From Pristiophorus japonicus (taxonomy: Eukaryota): DNA of 64,000 nucleotides. The stretch covers positions 16,058,001 through 16,122,000 of the forward strand of contig NC_091995.1 in the NCBI RefSeq assembly GCF_044704955.1, read 5' to 3'. Below are positions 12,481 to 25,860 of this stretch, piece after piece (positions within the stretch are counted from its first letter, which is position 1; the number at the start of each line of letters is the position of its first letter). The translations under genes and the position numbers were made by a program. The notes beneath the pieces are model-generated. The model was not told the DNA's origin and searched no databases. It saw only the letters and a list, made by a program, of their open reading frames with translations.

Positions 12481-13322
12481 TAATCTAAATATTCCACCAC
12501 CAAATAAAGTGCACAGAATTAATAATTAATTTGCTTGCTATGTGTACCGACATTCGAAATATATTTCTTCTTAAACGCTTTTGAGGAGCTCACTGCAGAC
12601 AGCAGCCTAATCTATTCAAGGAGCTTCAAGTTAAGTACACATCACGGAAAGGTGATTGGATTATAGTCATAGCAACGAAGGTCATTAGCAATTGTCGTCA
12701 TACGTTCCATCTATGAGACTCATCCAGTGCTCTCTTGACCCTATTTCCACTAAAGTACTGACCACCAAACTTGCTTGCCTAGAACACTCCTCAAAAAAAC
12801 ATCCTTGACCCCTCTGTACTTGAAGACAACCGCCCCATATCCTGCCAAGAGTTTCCTCTCCAAAATCCTTCAACTTGTTTTCACTTCTAAAATCCGTGAG
12901 TATCTTTCCCGCAGTCCGAGGTTTGAATTTTTCCCATCAAGATTCTTCCCCTGCGGCATGAATGGCAAAGCAAGTGTTGTGCTGTGTCCATTCAATTCTC
13001 CACCTTTGGATTGAAGGGAGTGGAACGCGAGGGTGGCTGGTGGCACTGGGTGAACAGCTAGGGTGAGAGAGCTTCATGGTTCGACTGAGGAGAAAGTCGG
13101 AGGTGAGGACATGAGTGAACAGATCGACAGCTGAAAAAGTATTCTGGTGAATGGCGGTCCGAAGACTTGTCAGTTCGAAATTTGAAAGTGCCGTTGTAAG
13201 TGACTTTGTGAGAGGTTTTTTTCAGTGAAGTTTGAGTCAGTGAAGAAAAACAATTCGACCAAGCATCGCCCACGCTGCACCTAGATAGGTGACAGAAAAA
13301 GCCAAGTGCCTAAAATAAAACC

Positions 13323-13916
13323 TGATGAAAGGAGACTTATTTGTTTCCACAGCGTTCCAAAGTACAAAATTGAACCGCATGAGTGAGAAATGTTGTAGTA
13401 AAGCTTTGTTTGGGTTATTTACACCACAGTGACCTAATTACAAAGCAAATACGTTTATTTGTTCCGGATGACGTTGAAACATATTCCAAGCTTCAAAAAG
13501 ATGTCCACATGATAGTAAATTGTCATGAATTAGATACCAACCTTGGAGTAAGCACAAGCATAGTGTTACACCGGTGGCATACTGGTGCATTAAAATCACT
13601 TTTGGTTTGATGAAATCTCTTGGGTTGTACAATTTTTAAATGCATCCCTGTTATGTTATGTTGGTATTAGATTAATTGAAAGCCATGCCAAATGCCCTTG
13701 CCATATGAAAACTGGATTAGCACTGAATCAAATGATGTCATTCAGAGATGTAAAATAATAATTTTGAGTACCTTTCCTCAAATCATGTGCACGTCGCATT
13801 TTTAAATAATATTATAATGTTAATTTTGAAAGCCCTACAGTATGGTCCATGAACTTGATGAAAGGAGACTTATTTGTTTCCAAAGTACAACATTGAACCG
13901 GATGAGTGAGAAATGT
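13323..13916 (+). repeat. Pair of ~61-71 bp direct repeats (13323-13393 and 13856-13916)
   Basis: TGATGAAAGGAGACTTATTTGTTTCCA...AAGTACAA..TTGAACCG.ATGAGTGAGAAATGT occurs twice; the copies differ by a 10-bp indel. Confidence 0.85.
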
Positions 13917-14794
13917 GAGAAACACATCCGGGAGCTATCAACACTTATTGGCTTGTTTACTCAGCTTGTCTCCAAACATGGATTTATAATCCCATAATCC
14001 TCATATTTGGAATTTAGGAGTAGAAATTTTACATGCCATAGGAATCCACGATTGATTTTCGTGTATTTTATTCCTTTCTCTTTATTATATTTATTAATAG
14101 CTAGCAAGACTGGCACTACCTAACTGCCTTTGTAAAGGTGGAGCTGCCTTCTTGAACTGCTGCAGTCTGTGTGGTGAAAGTGTACTATTAGGGACAAAAC
14201 TCCAGGAATTTGATCCAGCGACGATGAAGAATGCAGTGCAGAAAAATATAATTCTGCACTTTGGATTTGTTTGTCTTGACTTTTTTTCAGTAATAAGATA
14301 CGTTTGACTCCTGTCGGATTTTGGCTTCTGTCTGCCAATTCTTTCCACTCCACTCCACATTGTGATGTGCGTTAATTACAGCCTCCAATAAATTTGTTCT
14401 TGTCGTCGTATCTTTCATTGACTGCTTTGACGCCAAGTCGCCTTGAGCTCAAAATGTTCGGTGATACCCCGAATGAAAAATAACTGGACCATGTCTTTGA
14501 CATCACAATTGAATGCCAAATTTTTTCTCTCATTATTCAAATGCGTGTCTAGGTTTTTTTTTAAAATTATCATTCATGGATGGGTGTCACTGGCAAGACC
14601 GGCATTTATTGCCAATCCCTAATTGCCCTTGAGAAGATGGTGATGAGCCGTCTTCTTAAACTGCTGCAGTCCGTGTGGGGAAGGTGCTCCCACATTGCTG
14701 TCAGGGAGGGAGTTCCAGGAGTTTGACCCAGCAACAACAAAGGAACAGCGATATATTTCCAAATCAGGATGGTGTGTGACTTGGAGAGGAACTT

Positions 14795-17700
14795 ACATAA
14801 GAACACAAAAACATAAGAAATAGGGCCTGTATAAGGTCATTCGCCCGCTTGAGACTGGCCCGCCATTCAATAAGGTCATGGCTGATCTTCTACCTGAACT
14901 CCACTTTACTGCACTCTCCCCATATCTATTGATCCCCTTAATATCCAAAAATCTAACGATGTCTGCCTTGAATCTACTCAACCACTGAGCTTCCACAGCC
15001 CTCCGGGTAGAGAATTCAAAAGATTCAAAAACCCTTTGAGTGAAGAAATTTCTCCTCAACTTAGTCCAAAATGGCCCACCGCTTATTCTGAGACTGTGAC
15101 ACATGGCTCTAGACTCCTCAGCCAGGGGAAACATCCTTCCTGCATCTACCCTGTCAAGTCGTGTAAGAATGTTGTGTGTTTCAATGAGATCACCTCTCAT
15201 TCTTCTAAACTCTAGGGAGTATAGGCCAAGTCTACTCAATCTGTCCTCGTCGGACAAACCCCCTGATCCCAGGAATCCATCTGGTGAATCTTTGATGCAC
15301 TCCCTCTATGGCAAGTATATCCTTCCTGAGGTAAGGAGACCATAACTGCACACAATACTCCAGATCTGGTCTCACAAGGACCCTATTTTATTGCAGTAAA
15401 ACTTCTTTATCCTTATAATCAAATACTCGTGTAATAACGGCCAACATGTCATTTGTTTTCATAATTGCCTGTTGTACCTGCGTGTTAAATTTCAGTGATT
15501 AATATGCAAGGACACCCAGGTCACTCTGAACAGCAACATTTCCCAATCTCTCACCATTTAAAAAATACTCTGCTTTTCTATTTTTTCGAACAAAGTGGAT
15601 AATTTCATATTTCTCCACATTTGATTCAATTAGCCATGTTCTTATCCTTTCACTTAGCCTGTCTATATCCCCTTGAAGTCTCTTTGCATTCTCCACACAA
15701 CTTACATTCCCACCTAGCCTTGTACCATCAGCAAACTTGGATACATTATATTTGGTCCCCTCATTCAAATCATTGATATAGATTGTGAATTGCTGAGGAC
15801 CAAGCATTGATCCTTGTGGTACCCCACTAGTTACAGCCTGGCAATGTAAAAATTACCTGTTTATTCCTACTCTCTGTTTTATGTCCATTAAACAATCTGC
15901 AATCTATGCTATTATATTACCCGAATCCCATGAGCCCGAATTTTGTTTAATAACGACTCCTGTGGCACTTTATCGAATGCCTTAGAAACATAGAAACATA
16001 GAAATTGGTGCAGGAGTAGGCCATTCGGCCCTTCGAGCCTGTACCGCCATTCAATAAGATCATGGCTGATCATTCCCTCAGTACCCTTTCCTGCTTTCTC
16101 TCCATACCCCTTCAACCCCTTAGCCGTAGAGGCCATATCTAACTCCCTCTTGAATATATCAAATGAACTGGCATCAACAACTCTCTGTGGCAGGGAATTC
16201 CACAGGTTAAAAACTCGCTGAGTGAAGAGGTTTCTCCTCATCTCAGTCCTAAATGGCCTACCCCTAATCCTAAGACTAAGTCCCCTGATTCTGGACTTCT
16301 CCACTCCCTCAATAGCAAGAACGACCTTCCTCAGATTAGGAGACCAAAACTGAACAGGTGAGGCCTCATTAAGGCCCTATGCAACAGCAGTAAGACCTCC
16401 CTGCTCCTATACTCAAATCGACTACCTATGAAGGCCAACATACCTTTGCCTTCTTCACGGCCTGCTGTAACTGCATGCCAACCTTCAATGCCTGATGAAC
16501 CATGACACCCAGGTCTCGTTGCACCTTCCCTTTTCCTAATTTGCCGCCATTCAGATAATATTCTGCCATCGTGTTTTTGCTCCCAAAATGGATAACCTCA
16601 CACTTATCCACATTATACTGCATCTGCCATGCATTTGCCCATTCACCTAACCTATCCAAGTCACCCTGCAGCCTCGTAGCGTCCACCTCACAGCTGACAC
16701 TGCCACCCAGTTTAGTGTCATCTGCAAACTTGGAGATATTACACTCAATTCCTTCATTCAAATCGTTAATGTATATTGTAAAGAGCTGGAGTCCCAGCAC
16801 TGAGCCCGGCGGCACTCCACTAGTCACTGACTGCCATTTTGAAAATGACCCATTTATCCCGACTCTCTGCTTCCTGTCTGCCAACCAGTTCCCTATCCAC
16901 GTCAGTACATTACCCCCAATACCATGCGCTTTGATTTTGTACACCAATCTCTTGTGCGGGACCTTGTCAAAAGCCTTTTGAAATTCCAAGTACAACACAT
17001 TCACTGGTTCTCCCTTGTCCACTCTGCGAGTTACATCTTCAAAAAATTCCATAAGATTCGTCAAGCATGATTTCCCTTTCATAAATCCATGCTGACTTGG
17101 ACCGATCCTGTCACTGCTTTTCAAATGCGCTGCTATTTCAGCCTTAATGATTGATTCCAACATTTTCCCCACTACTGATGTCAGATTAACCGGTATATAA
17201 TTACCCGTTTTCTCTCTCCCTCCTTATTTAAAAAGTGGTGTTATATTAGTTACCCTCCAGTCCATAGCAACTGATCCAGAGTCGATAGACTATTGGAATA
17301 TGATCACCAATGCATCCACTATTTCTAGGGCCACATCCTTAAGTACTCTGGGATGCAGACTATCAGGCCCCGGAGATTTATGGGCCTTCAATCCCATCAA
17401 TTTCCCTAACACAATTTCCTGCCTAATAAGGATTTCCTTCAGTTCCACCTTCTCACCAGACCCACTGTCCACTAGTACATTTGGAAGGTTGGTTGTGTCT
17501 TCCTTCGTGAAGGCAGAACCGAAGTATTTGTTCAACTGCCATTTCTTTGTTCCCCATTATAAATTCTCCTGAATCCGACTGCAAGGGACCTACATTTGTC
17601 TTCACTAATCTTTTTCTCTTCATATATTTAGAGAAGCTTTTGCAGTCAGTTTTCATGTTCCCTGCAAGCTTCCTGTCGTACTCTATTTCCCCCCAGTTAA

Positions 17701-20700
17701 TTAAACCCTTAGTCCTCTTCTGTTGAATTCTAAATTTCTCCCAGTCCTCAGGTTTGTTACTTTTTCTAGCCAATGTATATGCCTCTTCCTTGGTTTTAAT
17801 ACTATCCTTAATTTCCCTTGTTAGCCACAGTTGAGCCACCTTCCCCGTTTTATTTTTACTCCAGACAGGGATGTACAATTGCTGAAGTTCATCCATGTGA
17901 TCTTTAAATGTTTGCCATTGCTTATCCACAGTCAACCCTTTAAGTATCCTTTGCCAGTTTATTCTAGCCAATTCATGCCTCATACCGTCGAAGTTACCTT
18001 TCCTTTAGTTCAGGATCCTAGTTTCTGAATTAACTGTGTCACTCTCCATCTTAATAAAGAATTCGACCATATTATGGTCACTCTTCCCTAAGGGAGCTCG
18101 CACAACAAGATTGCTAATTAGTCCCTTCTCATTACACATCACCCAGTCTAGGATGGTCAGCTCTCTAGTTGGTTCCTCGACATATTGGTCCAGAAAACCA
18201 TCCCTAATACAGTCCAGGAAATCTTCCTCCGCTGCATTGCTACCAGTTTGGTTAGCCCAATCAATATGTAAATTAAAGTCGCCCATGATAACTGCTGTAC
18301 TTTTATTGCACACATCACATATTTCTTGTTTGATGCTGTCCCCAACCTCACTACTACTATTTGGTGGTCTGTACACAACTCCCACCAGCGTTTTCTGCCC
18401 TTTGGTATTCAGCAGCTTCAACCATACTGAACCACATCATCCAGGCTAATGTCCCTCCTTACTATTGCATTAATTTCCTCTTTAACCAGCAACACCACCT
18501 CGCCTCCTTTTCCTCTCTGCCTATCCTTCCTAAATGTTGAATATTCTTGGCTGTTGAGTTCCCAGCCTTGGTCATCCTGGAGCCATGTGTCCATGACGCC
18601 AATTACATCATATCCGTTAACTGCTGTCTGCGCAGTTAATTCATCCACTTTATTCCGAATATTCCTCGCATTGAGGCACAGAGCCTTCAGGCTTGCCTTT
18701 TTAACACACTTTGCCCTTTAGAATTTTGCTGTAATGTGGCCCTTTTTGTTTTTTGCCTTGCGTTTCTCGGCCCTCCTCTTTTACTATTCTCCTTTCTATC
18801 TTTTGCTTCTGCCTCCATTTTATTTCCCTCTGCTTCCCTGCATAGGTTCCCATCCCCCTGCCATGTAAGTTTAACTCCTCCCCAACAGCACTAGCTAACA
18901 CTACCCCGAGGACATTCGTTCCTGTCCTGCCCAGCTGCAGACCATTTGGTTTGTACTGGTCCCACCTACCCCAGAACCGGTTCCAATGTCCCAGGAATTT
19001 GAATCCCTCCCTTTTGCACCATTCCTCAAGCCACGTATTCATCTGGGCTAACCTGCGATTCCTACTCTGACTAACATGTAGCACTGGTAGCAATTCTGAA
19101 ATTACTACGTTTGAGGTCCTACTTTTTAATTTAGCTCCGAGCTCCCTCGATTCGTCTCGTAGGACCTCATCTCGTTTTTTAACTATATTGTTGGTACCTA
19201 TGTGCACCACGATAACTGGCTGTTCACCCTCCCTTTATAGAATGTCCTGCACCCGCTCCGAGACATCCTTGACCCTTGCACTAGGGAGGCAACATACCAT
19301 CCTGGAGTCTCAGTTGCAGCCGCAGAAACGCCAATCTATTCCCTTTAGAATCGAATCCCCTATCACTATAGCTCTCCTACTCTTTTTCCTGCCCTCCTGT
19401 GCAGCAGAGCCACCCACGGTGCCATGAACTTGGCTGCTGCTGTGCTCCCCCTCAACAGTACCCAAAGCGGTGCATCTGTTTTGCAGGGGGATGACCGCAG
19501 GAACCCCTGCACTAGCTTCCTTACACTGCTCTTCCTGTTGGTCACCCATTTACTATTTGGTTGCGTACCCTTTACCTGCGGTGAGACCAACTCAGTAATG
19601 AGTTATTCACTTCATTCTTAGCATCATGCATTCTCCAGAGTGAATCCACCTGGAGCTCCAGTGCCGCAATGCCATCCGTCAGGAGCTGGAGGTGGATACA
19701 CTTCCTGCACACATAGCCGTCAGGGACGCCGGAAGTGTCCCTGACTTCCCACATAGAACAGGAGGAGCATAACATATGTCCGAGCTGTCCTACCATGACT
19801 TAACCCTTAGATAAACTTAATTTGGCAACAACATTGCTAAATGTTACTTACTGATGTCGAAAAGAAAAAAAAACTTACTTACTAATTAGCAGCCAATCAC
19901 TTACCCCTTGGCTGTGACCTCGCCTTTGGATTTCTTTCTACTTCTTTTTGCGTTCTCTCCCTGCTGCAGCTGCACAAACTGGCCTTTATAGGTCTCTCCA
20001 GGCCTCAAACTCCAGCCTCTCCTCTGCCGCCGCCTTCTGCTGCCGCTGGGCCTTTGTAGGCCTCTCCACGCACCTTGAACTCCCGCCTCTCCTCTGCCGC
20101 CGCCTCCCGCTGCCACTGGGCCTTTATAGGCCTCTCCACGCACCTCGAACTCCCGCCTCTCCTCTGCTGCTTCTGACAATCCAAGTACACCAACCACATC
20201 CACTGGTTCCACCTTATCGATTCTGCATTAAAATTTCACAAAGCTCTTAACAGATTTGTCAAACATGATTTCCCTTTCATAAATCCGTGTTGACTCTGCC
20301 CAATCTTATTATTTTTCTTTAACTGCCCTGTTATCACTTCCTTAATAATAGATTCTAGCATTTCCCTATTACTGATGTCAGGCGAACTGGTCTGTGGTTC
20401 CCGATTTTTCTCTCCCTCATTTCTTAAGTAACCGAGTTCGATTTGCTACCATTCCATCTGCAGGACCAATTCTAGAATCTATAGAATTTTGGGAAATGAC
20501 AACCAATGCAACCACTATCTCTGTAGCAACCACTTTTAAAGCAATAGGATGTAGTTCATCAGTTCCAGGGGATTTATCAGCTATCAGGCCCATGAATTTC
20601 GCCAGTACTTTTTTTTACAAATACTAATTTATTTCAGTTTCTCATTCTTTCTAGACCCTTGGTGTTCCACTATTTCCTGGAGGGACAGACATAGAATATT

Positions 20701-21130
20701 TGTTTAATTTTTCTGCCATTTCCTTTTTCCCCATTATAATTTCTCTTGTCTCAGACTGTAATATTTATGTTTTGCCAATCTTTTCCTTTTTACATACCTG
20801 TAGAAGCGTTCAAAGTATGTTTTTAGTCCTCCAGCTAGTTTACTCATATATTCAATTTTCCCATTCTTTATCAATTTCCTGGTGATCATTCGCTGAACTC
20901 TAAAATTTCTCCCAATACTCAGGCTTACTGCTCTTATTGGCAACATCATAAGTCTCAATCTTTGATCTAATACTATCTTTAACCTCTCTTGTTAGCCACG
21001 GTTGAATCACATTTACTGTGGGATTTTTGTGCCTTAAACGAATGTATATTTGTTGTAAATTATGTACTAATTCTTTAAATGTTAGCCATTGCTTGTATAC
21101 CGTAATACCTTTTAACGTAATTTCCCCAAT
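14795..21130 (-). mobile_element. Older CR1 LINE (14795-15983 plus 20172-21130) split by a nested CR1
   Basis: The RT motif VYLDCQ|KAFDKVP is interrupted between about 20172 and 15983. Confidence 0.8.
15984..20171 (-). mobile_element. Near full-length CR1 LINE: 5' tandem monomers, ORF1 (Zn-finger plus SGNH/GDSL esterase), ORF2 (APE endonuclease plus RT), all disrupted
   Basis: ORF1 motifs CSSC...CRKC, VIGDS and HIGTN. ORF2 motifs GVVYRPPN, MGDFN, SDHN and KFADD. (TTTCTATG)n tail at about 15984-16002. Confidence 0.93.
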
Positions 21131-21139
21131 CTACTTGGA

Positions 21140-22350
21140 AATGATGATTGCTGCTCTAGCCGTTCTAGGTGGTAGAAGTCGATGGTTTGAGAGGTGCTGT
21201 CAAAGAAGCCTTCGCGAGCTGCTGCACTGCATCCTGTAGATGGTACACACTGCAGCCAGAGTGCGCTGGTGGTGGAGGAAGTCAATCAACTGGGTTGCTT
21301 TGTCCTGAAAGTTGTTGAGTTTCTTGAGTGTGGTGGAGCTGCACTCATCCAGGCAAGTTGAGAGTATTCCATCACAGTACTGATTTATTCCTTTTAGGTG
21401 GTAGAGAGGCTTTCAGGAGTTCAGAGGCGAGCCAGTCACCACAGAAGACTCTGCCTCTGACCTGCTGTAGTAGCCACTGTGATATATTCTTACGTCATTA
21501 AAAAATACACTCTATAAGATGGCTCCAACTGTCATCATATGACTTGACCCTGTTTTTTATACATCAGTAGTTGTATTACTACGGTACTCCACTAGGTGAA
21601 GCAGTAATCCTCCAGGGGGAGCTGTATTATAGCCAAGGCATTCATGTGGCTCATTCAGTTCAGTTTCTGGTCAAAGGTGAACGCCAGGATATTGATAGTG
21701 GGGCTTTCGCCGATGGTCATGTCATTAAATGCCAATTGGAGGTGGTTCTTATTGAAAAGGGTCATTTACTGGCACTTGTCCTTGCCACTGACCAACCCAA
21801 ACCTGAATGTTATCCAGGTCTTGCTGCATTTGGGCACGAACTGCTTCATTATCTGAGGAGTTGCGAATTGAGCTGAACACTGAGCAATCATCAGTGAGCA
21901 GCTTCATTTCTGACCTAGTTATGGATGCAAAGTCAATGATGAAGCAGCTGAAGGTAGTAAGGCCTAGAACACTTCCTTGACGATATCCTGAAGTAATGTC
22001 CTGGGCTGACATGATTGGCCTTCAACAACCACAACCATTTCCATTATGTCAAGTATGACCCCAGCCAGTGGAGAGTATTCCCCTTGATTCCCATTGACAT
22101 CAGTTTTCCAATGGATCCTTGGTGCTACATTGGGTCGAAGGATGCCTTGTAGTCAATGATCGTCACTGTCACCTCATCTCTGGAATTCTGTTCTTGCATC
22201 TACATTTGGGCCAAGGCTGTGCGGAGTTCAGGAGCGAATTGGTCCTGACAGAACCCAAAGTGAGCAGATTATTGGTGAATAAGTATTGCTTGATTGTACT
22301 GATAAATAATTCTTCCATCACTTTGCTGATGGTTGAGAGTAGACTGATGC
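21140..22350 (-). mobile_element. Degenerate LINE RT fragment (second CR1-like family)
   Basis: ORF 21749-22012 reads QGSVLG...LLTDD...MQQDLDNIQVW. Confidence 0.75.
21478..21631 (-). mobile_element. Probable short solo LTR (154 bp) inserted in the LINE
   Basis: Termini TGTGATAT...ATTATA, flanking 5-mers GCCAC/GCCAA, TATAAAA on minus near 21555-21561. Host LINE sequence resumes on both sides. Confidence 0.5.
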
Positions 22351-22359
22351 GAACATTAA

Positions 22360-23460
22360 TTCGAGAATGCTCTTCCTCCAGTTACTTTTCCTTCATAGCC
22401 TTGCCCCTTATCTCTGTAACCTCTTTCAGCCCTATAACCATCAAAGATCTCTGTGTTCCTCTATTTTTCGGTATTTTGTTCATCCCCACATCCATTGCCT
22501 CACCTTTGCTGGCCATCTAGTCCCTAATATCTGGAATTCCCTGTGCAAACCTCTCGACTTCTAAATTTCTCTCCCCTCCTTTCAGACCCTCCCCTAAACC
22601 TACCTATTTGACCAAGTATTTAGACACCCATCCTAATCTCTCCTTCTTTGGCACTCTATCAGTTTTTATCTGATTACACTTCTGTGAATAGCCTTGAGAT
22701 GATTTCCTATATAAATGCAAATTGTTGCTATTGTTTTAATAGGGCCACGAGTTTCTCAGGATGGTACAATGACTGATTGATAAAGGTTAATTTACTTAAA
22801 TTATATCAGTGCAAAGGCTGTCTTATTTCTACTAACCGTAACCTTGAGATAATGTTATGCATATGAAGTACTCCCTCATTAGTGATTCATGCAAAGACGT
22901 TTGACACATATAGAAACATTAGGAGGAAAATTGGTGCTTGACAGTACGCTAACTTGTACCAAGAACAGTTCACCCAACACCCCTGTGCTCACTACATTGT
23001 CTTCTGGTCCACCAAATTCATGACATTAAAATTCCAATCCGCCTGTTCAATTCGCTCCATGGGAATTCCTGGGATCTCTCCATTTCTGTAATCTGCTCCA
23101 GCTCTACACACATCCAAGCACTCTGTGTGCCTCCAACTCTGGCCGCTTGTCCATCACCTACATCTTTCCACCCACCATTGGTGGTCATGCCTTCAGCTGC
23201 CTGTGCTCTAATCTCTGGATTACCCTCCCCATACCTCTTCAAATTTTCACTTCTCTCTCCTTCGTTAATATTCCGTTTGAAACCTAACTATTCGAACCAG
23301 CTGTCCTAATGTCTACTCTGTGGATCGTGTCAATTATGCTCCTGTGAAGTGTCTTGGGACGTTTTACTACATTAAAGTGGCTATGTAAACAATAATAATA
23401 ATAACTTTTATTTATATAGCGACTTTAATGTAGTAAAATATCCCAAGGCACTTCACAACA
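22360..23460. mobile_element. L2-type LINE 3'-end fragments
   Basis: CTCTGTAA(C/T)CT...CAGC...CTGGAATTCCCT...CTATATAAATGCAA tail motifs, also seen at the 3' end of the L2 copy at 32762-33100. Confidence 0.55.
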
Positions 23461-23897
23461 GTTTTACTTCATATTAGATATTGACCATTGAGGAAAAGAG
23501 AGAACAGGCGTGAGAAGGAAGTATAAAAAAAAAGGTTAAAGGCTCGGGTCCGAAGCGGCAGCCAAAATGTGCATGTAGAGAGACACAGGTGAAAAAATGT
23601 TAAAATACAAATTCAAATTACGTTCTAAGTAATACAATAAGGAGTACACAATAGTAAAATCAGTACAATAAAGATTCATTATAATTACATAATATATACC
23701 ATAATTCTAAATTAAGTTAAAATCGGAAAATCAGCAATTGAAGCAAAATAAATCAGTTATTAGCTGTCTTTAAGATTCATTCGCTGTCCAGTGATTCAAA
23801 TAATCTGGAAGAACCAATCACTGTCCTCCATCTTTGCGATGTCATCATTTTATTACTTTTCATTTCTAATTTTGTCCTTTTGAGAGGATCTGTAATA

Positions 23898-25860
23898 GCT
23901 CCAGGCTCGAGCTGTCTCAGTTGTCAGGGACACGCTGTTGTTTAAATCTCAGAAATAACTATCTGTACTGTACTTTTTTAACAGACAGCCGTCCGTCCAA
24001 CTCCCCCCCCCCCCCCCTTGCCCATACTGCACTTTTATTTGACTGACAGGCGACAAGCTCCGCCCCCTGTCAAGCTCCGCACTCTCCGGGGGCCCGATTC
24101 ATTACCTTCACATGGTGCCGAGAAGCAGGACCGGAGGCCCAAGACTACGCTGAGGTCCCGGCTTCCGCCGCTGATTCACCGAGGACTCGCCCTCGCTCAG
24201 TCCCGACTCGCTCTGACTCTCCACCACCGACTCTCTTTCTCCCCCTGCAGGACTCGCTAGGCCCCGACTCCGCTCCCTCGGCGAATCTCTTTCTCCCCTC
24301 TCCAGGAATCGCTAGGCCCCGACTCGCTCCCGAAAGCTTCGGGCCTGGGCCCGAGCGCAAACGACATGGGCTCGATAGCGAGAGAGAGTCTGGAGGGGGG
24401 GGGGGTGGTGGGGAGAGAGTCAGGGCTGAGAGAGGGGCTGCGGGGGAGAGAGGCTGGGGACAGAGAGAGAGAGAGAGAGACACGGGCAAAGAGGGTGAGA
24501 GAGACGGGTGGGGTGAGGCGGGGGGGAAGACAGATAACGTTCTTCCAAACCCCTTCAAAGGATATCGTTGGAGTGAATTATACTTGGAAGTCACAACATT
24601 ATCATTATTCACATCTCACCTAATAAACCTATTAAGAATCCGTACACAATGCACAATGCCTGCCCCATCTATGGTGGGGGCGAGGGGCGGGGGTGGGAGG
24701 ATGCACTTGCACTTGCACTGGGATAAGGCACTTTGTCTGTGGGAGGGATGTACGTGGAAAGGGGTAATGCACTTCGACTGTGGGAGGCATGCACGCACTG
24801 GAATAAGGCACTTTGGCTGGGGAAGGCATATACTTGGACTGGGTTAAGGCACTTTGGTTGGGTGCAGCATGCTCTTGGACTGGGGTAAGGCACGTAGGCT
24901 GGGGGAGGCATGTACTTGGAATGGGGTAAGGCACTTTGGCTCGGTGTGGCATGCACTTGGACTGGGGTAAGGCACTTACATAGGGGGAGGCATGTACTTG
25001 GACTGGGGGAAGGCACTTTGGCTGGGGAGGCATCCATTTGTGCTGGGGTACAGCACTTCGTCAGGGGGAGATATGTACTTTGACACGGGTAGGGCACTTT
25101 GGCTGGAGGAGGGATGTACTTCGACTGAGGTAAGGCACTTAGGCTGAAGAAGGCATGTACTTGGACTGGGGTAGGGCAATTTGGCTGGTGGAGACATGCA
25201 TTTGGACTGGGGTAAGGCACTTTGGCTGGGGGAGGTATGTAATTGGACTGGAGAAAGGTAATTCGGCTGGGGGAGGTATGCACTTGGACTGGGGTAAGGC
25301 ACTTTGGCTGGGGAGGCATGCATTTGCGCTGGGGTACAGCACTACGGCTGGGGGAGAGATGTACTTTGACTGGGATAAGTCACTTTGACTGGGGGAGGGA
25401 TTTACTTGGACTGAGGTAAGGCACTGTGGCTGGGGGAGGGATGCACTTTGACTGAGGTAAGATACTTCGGCTGGGGGAGGCTTGCATTTGAACTGGGATA
25501 AGGCACATTGGCTGGCTCTTGCTCTCTTCTGCAGAGCTCCTCCTCTGTCGGTTCAGGAAGTCAAAGTGGATCGAGTTACAATTTGCAAAGTCAATGAGAC
25601 CTTGGAATGGGCAGTTCCAATTGCACATTACAGTGAAACTTCAGGGAGTGGCTTATCCTCCAAGGGGACCAATCATAGACAAAGAGTGGAGCAAGGTGGA
25701 CATTTTCACAGTACAAATAAGTGCGTCTTTGTATCTCCCTCCAACTGCTCCAGGCTCTCACTGCCTCTGTTGTCAGGAAGACGCTGATGTTTAAATCTCC
25801 ATCCAGCTGCTCCAGGCTTGAATTGCCTTCATCGTCAGGGAGATGCTGATGTTTTAAAAT
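23898..25860 (+). repeat. Three copies of a ~53-bp unit (23898-23950, 25747-25799, 25809-25860) bracketing a GC-rich block
   Basis: GCTCCAGGCT...GTCAGG...GCTG.TGTTT motif; copies 1 and 2 match at 45/53 positions by manual count. Confidence 0.8.
24700..25515 (+). repeat. G-rich minisatellite, ~41-bp unit, about 20 copies
   Basis: Consensus near ACTGGGGTAAGGCACTTTGGCTGGGGGAGGCATGTACTTGG, with an anchor recurring every 40-41 nt. This explains the repetitive Pro-rich ORFs. Confidence 0.95.

Noticed and set aside
24616-25388. Long Pro/Ser-rich ORFs up to 216 aa
   Set aside because: These are translations of the 41-bp minisatellite in several frames.
24700-25515. CRISPR-like regular repeat
   Set aside because: The units are contiguous and degenerate with no unique spacers; the context is vertebrate and there are no cas genes.
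23964-25715. TGTACTGT...ACAGTACA as LTR/TIR ends of the GC-rich block
   Set aside because: The match is only 8 bp and there is no matching target-site duplication.
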